The position numbers and the translations under genes are program-made. A stretch of DNA of 64,000 nt. Origin: Patescibacteria group bacterium (lineage in GTDB: Bacteria; Patescibacteriota; UBA1384; JACPKC01). Location: the NCBI GenBank assembly GCA_050944875.1, contig JBMNRW010000004.1, positions 1,304 through 65,303 of the forward strand. Reading direction: 5' to 3'. Of this stretch, positions 43,926 through 53,820 are shown piece by piece (the stretch's first letter is position 1; each line of letters starts with the position of its first letter). The notes beneath the pieces are model-generated. The model was given only the letters and a program-made list of their open reading frames with translations, was not told the DNA's origin and ran no database searches.

Positions 43926-44339
43926 ATGCAGTACGCAGCAAAACACCTGAGCGAGCGCGGCCTCCGCGTAACCGATGCCCGCGTTGCCTTACTGGAAATC
44001 CTCGCCGCGTCTCCTGAGCCAATGACCGCACCGTCACTCCACGCAGCACTGATCTTGCATGGCGTCTCGGCGAACAAGTCCACGGTGTACCGCGACCTCG
44101 ACCGCTTCGTCGAGGAGGAGCTCGTCGACGAGCTCGACTTCGGCGAGGGACAAAAACGGTACGAACAAACGACGACGCCACATCACCACGCCGTCTGCAC
44201 GGAGTGCAACCGAATCGCGCATATCGAGCTCCCCAGCCACCTCGCCACCGAAGAGGCATTTCTTATGGCCAGGTATAGCTTTCGCGTCGACTCACACGCC
44301 CTCGAGTTCTTTGGCACCTGCGCGGACTGCCAGCGATAA
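43926..44339 (+). CDS. zur: Fur-family zinc uptake regulator
   Basis: GLRVTDAR, STVYRDL, HHHAVCTEC, GTCADC; divergent from znuA. Confidence 0.85.
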   Translation: MQYAAKHLSERGLRVTDARVALLEILAASPEPMTAPSLHAALILHGVSANKSTVYRDLDRFVEEELVDELDFGEGQKRYEQTTTPHHHAVCTECNRIAHIELPSHLATEEAFLMARYSFRVDSHALEFFGTCADCQR

Positions 44340-44344
44340 CGGAA

Positions 44345-44368
44345 AACGCCTCCCCGAAGGGAGGCGTT
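44345..44368. terminator. Hairpin terminator between convergent genes
   Basis: aacgcctccc-cgaa-gggaggcgtt. Confidence 0.75.
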
Positions 44369-44380
44369 CGTTATATCTCC

Positions 44381-45595
44381 TTACTGATCAATGAAGATCG
44401 AAGAAGAGCGAAGTTGTTTGCCGTTCGCAAGCTCAGCTTGCGCATAGATTGCCTTGACGCCCTGAGCACGGAGCGTATGAACGGTAAAGTCGTGACCGAA
44501 GTTCCGCTCGGTAGCACCGAAGCTGTGCGAACGAATCACACGGTCCTGCTCTGGTGACTGCCCCACCGAAACCAACACCATCTGACGGACCGCCACGGGC
44601 CCGGTCACGTCGGCATGGAGTAACAGCGAGTGGCCAGAGAGCGAGATTGTGTCGCCCATCAAAGCGACGGCATCGGTATCCTGGTCAAGCCAGCCGATCA
44701 GGCGAATCGCCATATCGCGATCCTCTGAGAAGCAGGTTCGCCGGGCGGCAAAAGCTTCGTACACCCCGTCCATGGAACGGTGTCGGACGAACGCAACTGT
44801 GTACGGTCCCGCCTTGTAGGGCATAAGATGCCGATCACTCGACCCGCAGGCCCCCGGCCGCCAACCTACTCGGATGAGCTGGCGGAATCCGGCCTCGTTT
44901 GAAGCCCGTATCCCCGCCGCCGGGTCACCGGGACCGTAGTACCCACGCGCGCCGTGGCTCGACAGCTCGCAGAGCGCCATCTGGCGGACGAGTACTTCGA
45001 GTGGCGGACGAGCAAAACCGCCAAACGTACTCTCCACCGCGTACCGTTCGGGGTGCGCGAACCCGCCAATGATCCACGGTCGCTGAGCAACAACGCCGAG
45101 GAGCTCAAAGAACTCCGAAGCAATAACCTCGGGTTCCCCACCCTGCAGGTGATGCCCAATGAGCTCGCTCGACCGGTAGATCAGGATATGACCGCCGCCC
45201 TGGATGTACGCCGGGTTGGCGAAGATACCCGGATCCCCTTCGTCCGGAATGCCGGTCCACTCAGTACCGGTGTCAAAGAGCAGCCCCTCAGCCTGAAGCT
45301 TGGTCGTCAGTCGTTGAAGCGACTGCGCCTCTTCAAGGGCTACTTGTTCGCCGTGGTCTGTGAGGATGAAGAAGTCCTGCGTCCGGAGCGCTGCCCGTGC
45401 AACCTCCTCGGGTGACGCTTGGATCCCCTTCGCATCAGAGAAGTCGGAGTGGGCATGTGGGTCGCCCCAGAGCGGACGAACGCCAGCTACACCAAACACC
45501 TCTTCGACAGTTGGAACAAACGCTGCGGAAACAGGAGTTACGATGGAATAGCAGAGCATGGTGAGAACTGCATAAGCGAAGAACATGGACCGCAT
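44381..45595 (-). CDS. Secreted PHP-domain (CehA/McbA-like) metallohydrolase
   Basis: Signal peptide, GDPHAHSDFSD, LTDH, GTEWT, GGGH, AHP, SSDRH. Confidence 0.8.
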   Translation of the reverse strand: MRSMFFAYAVLTMLCYSIVTPVSAAFVPTVEEVFGVAGVRPLWGDPHAHSDFSDAKGIQASPEEVARAALRTQDFFILTDHGEQVALEEAQSLQRLTTKLQAEGLLFDTGTEWTGIPDEGDPGIFANPAYIQGGGHILIYRSSELIGHHLQGGEPEVIASEFFELLGVVAQRPWIIGGFAHPERYAVESTFGGFARPPLEVLVRQMALCELSSHGARGYYGPGDPAAGIRASNEAGFRQLIRVGWRPGACGSSDRHLMPYKAGPYTVAFVRHRSMDGVYEAFAARRTCFSEDRDMAIRLIGWLDQDTDAVALMGDTISLSGHSLLLHADVTGPVAVRQMVLVSVGQSPEQDRVIRSHSFGATERNFGHDFTVHTLRAQGVKAIYAQAELANGKQLRSSSIFIDQ

Positions 45596-45677
45596 ACGTG
45601 ATACCCTCCAGTGCTGGAAATGTACGAACTGAGGCCGCCAAGGCGACCTCAGAGTGAACCACAGCCGGAGAACGGCG

Positions 45678-46517
45678 TCAAGCCGTGAGCGATCGGAGGA
45701 TCTCTATGTTCGGGGAGTCCGGCCCGTTCCCGTCTTTACCCGGCACCTCGAGAATCCAGGGGAGTTGGGCGAGGAGTGGGTGTGCAGCGAGGGCGCGGAA
45801 GCCGTCGAGACCAATGTACCCTTCTCCAAGATTCTCGTGCCGGTCTCTCCCCTCACCAAGCGCGAACTTCGAGTCGTTCGCGTGAATGACGACGAGGTTA
45901 CTCACACCAACCTCACGATCGAACTCCTCAAGCGTCTGCACAACCCCAGCTGACGACCGGATATCATACCCGGCCGCAAACGCATGGCAGGTGTCAAAGC
46001 ACACCTTCACGCGAGGCGATTTAACAGCGCGGAGCATCTCCCCGAGCTCACTAAATGCATCACCGAGCGTGCCACCGTACCCAGCCGCATTCTCAATGAT
46101 GAGCTGACTCTCGCCAGGTGCGCGGCGAAGGATCTCCCCCATTACACCCGCAACGTCACGGAGCGCCTCTGCCTGGTCGCGCGCCTTTCGTGAACCCGTG
46201 TGGTAGATCACACCCTGCGCGCCGATTCGATCGGCCACCTGAAGGGCGTAGCTCAGCGCGTCGATCGACTTCTCGCGGAGCTCGGCATTGTCCGTTGCGA
46301 GATTCACGAGGTAGAGGGCATGGATGAAGACCGGTCCGAGGCCACGCCCACTGACCGCTGCCCGAAACGCAGCGACCGACTCATCGGTGATTGTCGTCTT
46401 GCGCCAGCTTTGCGGTGGCGCGATGAAGAGCTGGATCGCTGTTCCGCCGATTGCCTCAATGTTCGTCGCGGCGTTTTGAATGCCCCCCGCAGCTGACACG
46501 TGCGCGCCGATAATCAC
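45678..46517 (-). CDS. nfo: Endonuclease IV
   Basis: IGAHVSAAGG, HALYLVNLA, IENAAG, CFDTCHAFAAGYD, HANDS, DRHENLGEG. Confidence 0.95.
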   Translation of the reverse strand: MIIGAHVSAAGGIQNAATNIEAIGGTAIQLFIAPPQSWRKTTITDESVAAFRAAVSGRGLGPVFIHALYLVNLATDNAELREKSIDALSYALQVADRIGAQGVIYHTGSRKARDQAEALRDVAGVMGEILRRAPGESQLIIENAAGYGGTLGDAFSELGEMLRAVKSPRVKVCFDTCHAFAAGYDIRSSAGVVQTLEEFDREVGVSNLVVIHANDSKFALGEGRDRHENLGEGYIGLDGFRALAAHPLLAQLPWILEVPGKDGNGPDSPNIEILRSLTA

Positions 46518-46518
46518 G

Positions 46519-47283
46519 CTACGCTCCCAAGAGCTTCAGGATGTCATTGTGGAGCCTGCCATTCGACGCGACGGCTGTTGACGTCGCGAGCTTCATCGGC
46601 TGCCCCTGCCAATCGGTGACTGTACCGCCTGCCTCTTCGACAATAAGCTTCGGCCCAACCCAGTCCCACGGCTTCAAATGGTGACCAACGAAGACATCGT
46701 GGATGCCGTGGGCGACCGCCATAAAGTTGAGCGCCGGGACGTCTCGATAGCTCAGCTGTCGAACGACCTTAGCTAGCTTCACCGCCGCGCTAATTGCCTG
46801 CTCCCTCGCTTCGATCGGCCCGAAGCCGCCGTACACGAATGCCTCAGTAAGGTTCGCCTCAGTGCGCGCGTGCATCTTCCGGTCCTGGTAGAACGCCCCG
46901 GCGCCCTTCGTTGCCCAGAACAGGTGTCGCCGCTCAGGCATAGAAACCGCGGCCACCGTCGGCTCACCATTCTCTACCCAAGTGACACTCGTGCCGTACT
47001 TATCGTTGCGGGTAGAGAAATTCCCCTCGCCGTTCAAGCCGTCAATGAGCCAGAACGACGTCGCGCTCCCGAGTTCACCACAGTTCCTTCCCCAGATCAC
47101 CTCGTTCGGGTAAATCTGCTTTAGGAAGATTAAGATCGTCTCGCGAGCAGCCACTTCGGCTGCAGCCGCATCGATTGCTGGACCACCGCTCTCCCAGAGC
47201 GCAAAGCGACGAGCGAGCTCATCTCCAGCAATGAAGGCTGCCTGCTTCGCGACCTGGAGTCGGGTTTGAAGGTTTGTTGCCAT
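46519..47283 (-). CDS. Inositol-monophosphatase/SuhB-family protein with degenerate active site
   Basis: WLIDGLNGEGNF, ATKGAGAF, KPWD..LIVEEAGG.VTD, ASNG.LH. Confidence 0.8.
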   Translation of the reverse strand: MATNLQTRLQVAKQAAFIAGDELARRFALWESGGPAIDAAAAEVAARETILIFLKQIYPNEVIWGRNCGELGSATSFWLIDGLNGEGNFSTRNDKYGTSVTWVENGEPTVAAVSMPERRHLFWATKGAGAFYQDRKMHARTEANLTEAFVYGGFGPIEAREQAISAAVKLAKVVRQLSYRDVPALNFMAVAHGIHDVFVGHHLKPWDWVGPKLIVEEAGGTVTDWQGQPMKLATSTAVASNGRLHNDILKLLGA

Positions 47284-47296
47284 ACAGTCCTTTCTT

Positions 47297-47986
47297 CTAC
47301 GTAATACTACCACCACGACGCGTGAGGTGGTCATGCGACGAGCCATGGCGCTGCTCGTGCTCAGCTTGATAGTCAAAGGTACGAACACCTACTTCGACGT
47401 TGCCGAAGTACTTCACCTGCTCGAACAGCGGCTTCGTCTTCGCCTGCTCAGGTTCAGGATTCAGTGCAAGGAACGACCGGGTGAAGAGGAAGTATGAATC
47501 ACTCGACACACTGTTCTTGAGGAGGCGATGGGCGAGGATGACGTCCGACCCAACGAGCTTAACAAAGGGGCCGATCTCATTCACGACAAACTCACCAAAG
47601 TGAACGATGAACTTCATTGAGATACATTCGAGCACCTGGCTTTCGCTTGTCTCTGCCGCCTTGAGCTCCTCCATGGCGTGGTAAAACGCGTCGGCGTACG
47701 CCTCAAGCTGTTGAAGTGTGGCTCGGTACAGCGCCGCCCCCTCCTCGCCCGGCGCGTACACGAAGAGGGCGTCTCCTTCGATTTCATTGACGATGAACGC
47801 AGGCGTCGTCCCCCTGAATACCCGATCGGTAATGTGGTGGACGATCTTGGCGCTAAACTCCGCCTGCGCAGAGGTCAGGAGATCGGTGTACCCGGAAATA
47901 TCTGCCAGCAGGAGCACGCCCGAGGAGCGCCGTCCGACAAGCGCCTGCTGCCTCACTGCTGCCGCAGCACTGTCGTACTCAACCAC
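47297..47986 (-). CDS. DUF2652 (class III nucleotide cyclase-like) protein
   Basis: LLADISGYT, EIEGDALF, KFIVHFGE, GSDVILAHRLLKN. Confidence 0.85.
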   Translation of the reverse strand: MVEYDSAAAAVRQQALVGRRSSGVLLLADISGYTDLLTSAQAEFSAKIVHHITDRVFRGTTPAFIVNEIEGDALFVYAPGEEGAALYRATLQQLEAYADAFYHAMEELKAAETSESQVLECISMKFIVHFGEFVVNEIGPFVKLVGSDVILAHRLLKNSVSSDSYFLFTRSFLALNPEPEQAKTKPLFEQVKYFGNVEVGVRTFDYQAEHEQRHGSSHDHLTRRGGSIT

Positions 47987-48617
47987 GCCGCCGCCTGCGT
48001 CCCCGCCGCCCCTTCCGTTCGCTCACGAGCTCGCGGTACGGGCCGTAGAACTTCGCCGCGACTTCGTTCTCGATGAGTACGGTTTCGTCGGCGGCTGCCT
48101 TGATGCCGCGATTGTATCGGGCTGCGAAGCCAAGGTACACGACCCTGACGCCTTTCTCTTTGGCGAGGTGAATGACCGGCTGGAAGTCCGAGTCCGAGCT
48201 GGCGAGAATGACGGTCGACACCTTACCTTCGTAGATATCTCGCAGAATTTCGACGGCGATCGAAACGTCAACGCCCTTCTCCTCAAACTGTACGTCTTCG
48301 CCACGACCCCGCGCCCTGACGGCGCCAGCGATGACGTACCGGAACCCTTGCACCTCAAGCTGCGCCTTGAGCGTCGCTTCACGGGCGACGAGCTCTTCGG
48401 ATTTCTCCACGGTTTCCTTGTGCGGAATAACACGGGCGAGGTAAATGCTCGCGAGACTGACGTCAACCTTTTGAAAGACATGGTTCAAGAGTCCCCAGAG
48501 ATCGTACTTCGTGAGATCGATCTCCTGGACGCCGCGCCGGCGAAGCACTTCGCGAATCCGGCGCACAAAGTTCTGGCCATCGATGTAGAGATGGGTGTGT
48601 TTACCCTGAGTGTGCAT
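47979..48617 (-). CDS. NYN-domain (LabA/PIN-like) protein
   Basis: YIDGQN, EKGVDV, SSDSDF, AD. Confidence 0.9.
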   Translation of the reverse strand: MHTQGKHTHLYIDGQNFVRRIREVLRRRGVQEIDLTKYDLWGLLNHVFQKVDVSLASIYLARVIPHKETVEKSEELVAREATLKAQLEVQGFRYVIAGAVRARGRGEDVQFEEKGVDVSIAVEILRDIYEGKVSTVILASSDSDFQPVIHLAKEKGVRVVYLGFAARYNRGIKAAADETVLIENEVAAKFYGPYRELVSERKGRRGRRRRRG

Positions 48618-48748
48618 GAGTCTATCTTACGCTCTTCCGCCAGGCAGCAGAACATACCTTAGCGATATGACAGGGAAGTATACCGCATTTCCTCATCCTA
48701 ATCAATGGCGTCGGTCGCAGTAGCGCGCATCCGAGCGAGATACCCCTT

Positions 48749-51367
48749 CTACTTCCCGTGGCACTTCTTGAACTTCTTGCCCGATCCACATGGACAGAGA
48801 TCGTTTCGGCCGACATGACCGTAGCCACTCGGTGCGACAACGCTCTGCATGGTTTCCGTCGTCGTCTTCCCACCCGATCGGACTGTCAACGTCACACCAC
48901 TTCCTGGCTCGCGTTGAGGCTGTGGCAGTGTATCGCGCACTTGGTCGAAACCGCCCGGGTTCGCTTCGCTCGGCCCCTGCAAGACTACCTGAGGTGACTG
49001 GACTGCTACCTCAGGCACAGCCTGTTTCACCTCGAGCCTGAGGAGCATCTCGACAACTTGGTTCTCGATCTCATCTTTGAGCGCCTGGAACAACCCGTAC
49101 GCCGTATCTTTGTACTCGACGAGCGGGTCCTTTTGCGCGTACCCGCGTAGTCCAATCCCGTCACGGAGGTGCTGCATTGTTGAGAGGTGCTCAACCCAGA
49201 GCGTGTCAATCGTACGGAGGTAGATGAGACGTTCGAGCTTGCGGAAGTTCACCTCACCGACCTCGCGAACTTTCGCGTCGAACGCCCCGTGCTCGTCCTC
49301 ATGGAGCAGGTCGCGGATTTCTTCGTGGAGCCACGTATCCTGTTCCGCATCGAGCTCGAGGATACGGTGCCGCTTCCGGTAGACAACTTCGCGCTGCGCG
49401 TTCATCACGTCGTCGTACTCGACGAGGTGCTTGCGAATGTCGAAGTTGTGGCCTTCGACGCGGCGCTGCGCCTGTTCAATGGAGTTCGAGACGATCTTGT
49501 GCTGGATCGGCTCGTCGTCAGGCAAGCCAAGGCGATCCATGACCGCTTTTAGTCGAGCGCCGCCGAAGATCCGCATGAGGTCGTCTTCCATTGAGATGTA
49601 GAACTGGGAGCTCCCCGGGTCACCTTGGCGGCCAGCGCGACCTCGGAGCTGGTTATCAATGCGTCGTGACTCGTGGCGCTCCGAGCCGATAACAGCCAGC
49701 CCACCCGCTTCAATTACCATCCGGTGCCGCTCCTCCCAAGCTGTGACATCGGCCTTCGTCGCGTCCGCTCCGGGTTTTCGTCCACCGAGGAGGATGTCGA
49801 CGCCGCGACCAGCCATATTCGTTGCAACGGTGACACGACCCGGCTCACCAGCAGCCTCGATAATCTTCGCCTCGCGCTCGTGCTGCTTGGCATTCAGTAC
49901 GTCGTGCGCAATCCCCTCTGCCTTAAGGAGCTTCGAGAGTTGTTCGGACTTCGCAATCGATGCCGTGCCGACGAGCACCGGTCGGCCGGCGTCACGGAGT
50001 CGGCGAACCTCCGCAGCAATCGCCCGGAACTTCGCGGCCTCAGTTTTGTAGATAACATCAGCGTGATCGACGCGAACAACTGGGCGGTGCGTCGGAATGG
50101 CGAGTACCTCGAGGTTGTAGATCTTCGCGAACTCCTCCGCTTCGGTCTCTGCTGTCCCGGTCATGCCGGCGAGCTTGCTATACATCCGGAAGAGGTTCTG
50201 GAAGGTGATCGTGGCCAGTGTCTTTGACTCCTGCTTAACGGGAACTCCCTCTTTCGCCTCAATTGCCTGGTGGAGTCCCTCGGAGTACCGTCGGCCAACC
50301 ATGAGCCTGCCGGTGAACTCGTCGACGATGACGACTTCGTCGTCGCGGACCACGTAGTCGCGGTCACGCTTGAACAGCGCTTTTGCCTTCAGCGCTTCCT
50401 CCAGGTGGTGGACGTACTGGACCGTGTTCGGGTCGTAGATGTTCTCGACGCCGAGCGCACGCTCCATCTTTGCCACTCCCTCGTCGGTCAAGCCAACGTG
50501 GCGCTCCTTCTCGTTTACCGTGTAGTCTTCGTCTTCACGGAGTTTACTCACGAACGCTGAGAACTTCGCGTAGAGCTCACCCGACTCCTCTGCGGCGCCA
50601 GAGATGATGAGTGGCGTCCGGGCTTCGTCAATGAGAATCGAATCGACCTCGTCGACGATCGCATAGTGGAGTGGGCGCTGCACCAGCTGCTCTGGTGTGA
50701 GCGCCATGTTGTCCCGAAGGTAATCGAAGCCGATTTCATTGTTCGTGCCATAGGTAATGTCGGCGGCGTACGCTGCCCGACGCGAAATCGGCACTAAGGT
50801 AGGCCAGTCTTCGTGGAGCGTAGCGCGGAGTTCGTCCGACTGCTCAGCGATCGGGACGTACTGCCAGCTCTGTCCTTGCTGGCCCATCGCTGCCGCCGTA
50901 AGGCCGAGCGCCGAGTAGATCGGGCCCATCCAAGTGAGTCCGACCTTTGCCAGGTACTCGTTCGGCGTGACGAGATGCGCGCCGCAACCAGCGAGCGCGT
51001 TCAAGACGAGCGGGAGCGTGGCGACGAGCGTCTTCCCCTCGCCCGTACGCATCTCCGCGATCATGCCACGGTGCAAGACGATACCACCGATGAGCTGCTC
51101 ATCGAAGTGACGCATGCCGAGCTGGCGTTGGGATACTTCTCTCACGATCGCAAATACTTCAGGCAGCAGCTCGTCGAGAAGCTGTGCTCGCCTCGGTTCG
51201 TCCGTCGACTGCACGCGCGCCTTGAGCGTACCGAAGCGACTACGAAGCGCGGCGTCATCAAGCGCTTCTAACTCCTGACCGATGGTTCCAATTTGGGCGA
51301 TCGTCGTGGAAAACTTTTGGATTTCCCGAGCATTCGGGTCGCCGAACAACCGAGTGAGAAAGCTCAT
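48749..51367 (-). CDS. secA: Preprotein translocase ATPase
   Basis: MRTGEGKT, VDEVDSILIDEARTPLIISG, ATNMAGRG, SEC-C GRNDLCPCGSGKKFKKCH. Confidence 0.98.
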   Translation of the reverse strand: MSFLTRLFGDPNAREIQKFSTTIAQIGTIGQELEALDDAALRSRFGTLKARVQSTDEPRRAQLLDELLPEVFAIVREVSQRQLGMRHFDEQLIGGIVLHRGMIAEMRTGEGKTLVATLPLVLNALAGCGAHLVTPNEYLAKVGLTWMGPIYSALGLTAAAMGQQGQSWQYVPIAEQSDELRATLHEDWPTLVPISRRAAYAADITYGTNNEIGFDYLRDNMALTPEQLVQRPLHYAIVDEVDSILIDEARTPLIISGAAEESGELYAKFSAFVSKLREDEDYTVNEKERHVGLTDEGVAKMERALGVENIYDPNTVQYVHHLEEALKAKALFKRDRDYVVRDDEVVIVDEFTGRLMVGRRYSEGLHQAIEAKEGVPVKQESKTLATITFQNLFRMYSKLAGMTGTAETEAEEFAKIYNLEVLAIPTHRPVVRVDHADVIYKTEAAKFRAIAAEVRRLRDAGRPVLVGTASIAKSEQLSKLLKAEGIAHDVLNAKQHEREAKIIEAAGEPGRVTVATNMAGRGVDILLGGRKPGADATKADVTAWEERHRMVIEAGGLAVIGSERHESRRIDNQLRGRAGRQGDPGSSQFYISMEDDLMRIFGGARLKAVMDRLGLPDDEPIQHKIVSNSIEQAQRRVEGHNFDIRKHLVEYDDVMNAQREVVYRKRHRILELDAEQDTWLHEEIRDLLHEDEHGAFDAKVREVGEVNFRKLERLIYLRTIDTLWVEHLSTMQHLRDGIGLRGYAQKDPLVEYKDTAYGLFQALKDEIENQVVEMLLRLEVKQAVPEVAVQSPQVVLQGPSEANPGGFDQVRDTLPQPQREPGSGVTLTVRSGGKTTTETMQSVVAPSGYGHVGRNDLCPCGSGKKFKKCHGK

Positions 51368-51395
51368 GCGCACCTTTCGCTAGTAGAGACGTATA

Positions 51396-52101
51396 CTACG
51401 CAGCGCCATCAGTCCTGTCCAGGTGTACTTTGCCCAACTGCCACTCAGCGCTGCCGCATTCGTGGACAGCTTCGACGTGTTCGCAACTCCCATCATCAAT
51501 CTGAGAAGGAGCGTCAATGAGCTGATCCATGATCATGGCGTTCTCTGAGAGTCGGTCAAGAACGTACTGCTGGCGCCCATTGAGCACATCAGTCGCAGAT
51601 ACATCGCCTACTCGGAGCTGCTGCGTGCGCTCGACGCGCACCCCGTTACTCACTGTCCCCCGATCAACCGTGACGACGTAGTTCGACTGCATCCAGTTCG
51701 GGTTACGGATCCCGTAGCGAATTGACGTACTCACCGTGATACGCAGCCAAGAGAGCTGGCCAGAGGCATTGTGTCCGTGGGAGATGCACAGTCCCGTATG
51801 CGCCCGGCTCCGGCCGAGTCCACATCCCTGCTCCGTCCAGTCTGCCTCCGACTTACAGTCGCTCTCGAACGATGGGTCTGGCAAATGGATGTACGTCAGC
51901 GTACCGTCACGCCAATCGGTCGCCCAACTCGGCCGACGAGCTAACTGACTATGGTTGTACGACACTTCACTGTTCACCGCACCGAGCTCAAAGAGCGCGT
52001 CGAGGAAGCCATCGCATTGCGTGAGGAATGCTCGCACGCGCTCTCGCTGGACAGGCGACCACTCCCCCCCGTTTCCGCCCGTAGGGACGGAGGTGTTCCA
52101 T
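51396..52101 (-). pseudogene. Orphan protein with apparent frameshift at a G7 tract
   Basis: ATG 3 nt after hpf stop reads MEHLRPYGRKR, then the long open frame (EWSPVQRERVRAFL...) is reached only by removing one G at 52064-52070. Confidence 0.45.
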
Positions 52102-52104
52102 ACC

Positions 52105-52521
52105 TTACTGCGATGGCCGACGACGGGGGAAGCGAAGGAGGCGCTTCGGGGCGGACAGCAAGGCAGAAATCCTGGCCGCAATACGCTCCTTCCGCTCAGC
52201 ACTTCGTGACCGCTCAATCAGTCGGTCGTGACGTTTGCGCAAGTATCGCTCCGCCTTATCGTAGAGGCGGTCGAGCGCCGTTCGAAAATCTTCTGCGGCG
52301 ACCTCAACATGGAAGGTCGTCGCTTCGTATGGGATAGCAACGGCAACGTGCGCGTAGTGTGTCCTCCCCTTACGGGCGCGGTGCACATGGTCAAGCCGGA
52401 GGTCGACGTGCGACGCGGCCGGTAGGTACCGCTCCAACTTCTGGAACTGTCGGAGCGCAGCCTCTTGGACTGACCGGTTTACCCTGTGCTGCTTATCGAG
52501 GATGCGGAGCTCAAGTTTCAT
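52105..52521 (-). CDS. hpf: Ribosome hibernation factor (HPF/RaiA)
   Basis: KLERY, AEDFRTALDRLYDKAERYLRKRHDR. Confidence 0.8.
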   Translation of the reverse strand: MKLELRILDKQHRVNRSVQEAALRQFQKLERYLPAASHVDLRLDHVHRARKGRTHYAHVAVAIPYEATTFHVEVAAEDFRTALDRLYDKAERYLRKRHDRLIERSRSAERKERIAARISALLSAPKRLLRFPRRRPSQ

Positions 52522-52542
52522 GACCACCTCCTCGTGGTGCAA

Positions 52543-53820
52543 TTAGTGGGTTGATATTCGAGGTATGAGCACGTCGCGGCCAACGAAACGCTGGAGTAGC
52601 GCAGGTACCCGCACTGAGCCATCAGCCTGCTGGTAATTCTCGAGGAGCGCAATGAGGATCCGCGGAGACGCCACCACCGTATTGTTGAGCGTGTACACGT
52701 ACTGCTTCTCACCGGCACCGTCGACATACCTTATGCCGAGGCGACGCGCCTGCCAGTCACCGAGCATGGAACACGAATGCGTCTCGCCGTACCCATTTCT
52801 GCTCGGCATCCACGTCTCAATATCGTACTGGCGGACTTTGCCCGGTCCCATGTCGCCGGTAGCCAAATCAAGTACCCGGTACGGCAACTCAAGATCGGAG
52901 AGTAGCTGCTCAGCGACGCCGAGGAGCTCGTCGAAGCAGCGCTGCTGCTCGGCGTCATCCGCGGCGCACAGGACGACCTGCTCGACTTTCAGGAATTCGT
53001 GGATTCGGTAGAGCCCCCGGCTGTCCTTGCCGTAGCTCCCGATCTCACTGCGGTAGCACGGTGAGATTCCACAAAGCTTCACCGGGAGCTGTACAGCTCG
53101 AAGTGTCTGGTCGGCGTGGTACGCCAGTAAGGACGGCTCAGCCGTGCCGACGAGGTACTCCGCCTCCTTCTCACTCTCACCGCTCAACCTGGCGGCGTTT
53201 CCCACTTGGTACGTCTCGGCGCGAGCAGCGGGGAACTGCCCCGAGCCGATGAGCGCTGCCTCTTTGACCTTAGTCGGCGGAACCATGAGCGTGAATCCGC
53301 GGTCACGCATGCCCTCGAGCGCCAGCTGCATAAGTCCATAATGCAGGAGGACCGCCTCGTTCTTCAGGTAATACCCCCGGAATCCCGACACCTTCGCCCC
53401 CTGCTCCAAATCAAGGAGGTCAAGCGCTGTGCCGAGCGCAATGTGGTCCTTGTGTGGGAAGTCAAACCGTGTGGGCTCACCTACTCGCTTGATTTCTCGA
53501 TTCAACTCTTCGCCGCCAACCGGAGCATCGGGCGAGGGGAGTTGCGGCACCTTGAGCATGAGCTCATCGAACTCTGCTTGAGCCACTGCAAGCTTCGGCT
53601 CAAGGTCCGCAAGCTCAGCCTTCAGTACCGGACCTCGCGTTCTCGCTTCGTCAATGGCGAGCCGATTGCGCTCGGCAAGGAGATTGTCGCGCTGCGTCAC
53701 GAGTGATCGCCGCAGATCATCAAGCTCCAGGAGGTGCTGGACATCGAGATCGATCCGTTTCTTTACAACTGCATCAGCGACACGTTCGCGGTGCTCGCGA
53801 ATAAACTGGATGTCAAGCAT
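52543..53820 (-). CDS. serS: Seryl-tRNA synthetase
   Basis: MLDIQFIRE, GTAE, CYRSE.GSYG, RIHEFLKVE, YTLNNT. Confidence 0.97.
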   Translation of the reverse strand: MLDIQFIREHRERVADAVVKKRIDLDVQHLLELDDLRRSLVTQRDNLLAERNRLAIDEARTRGPVLKAELADLEPKLAVAQAEFDELMLKVPQLPSPDAPVGGEELNREIKRVGEPTRFDFPHKDHIALGTALDLLDLEQGAKVSGFRGYYLKNEAVLLHYGLMQLALEGMRDRGFTLMVPPTKVKEAALIGSGQFPAARAETYQVGNAARLSGESEKEAEYLVGTAEPSLLAYHADQTLRAVQLPVKLCGISPCYRSEIGSYGKDSRGLYRIHEFLKVEQVVLCAADDAEQQRCFDELLGVAEQLLSDLELPYRVLDLATGDMGPGKVRQYDIETWMPSRNGYGETHSCSMLGDWQARRLGIRYVDGAGEKQYVYTLNNTVVASPRILIALLENYQQADGSVRVPALLQRFVGRDVLIPRISTH

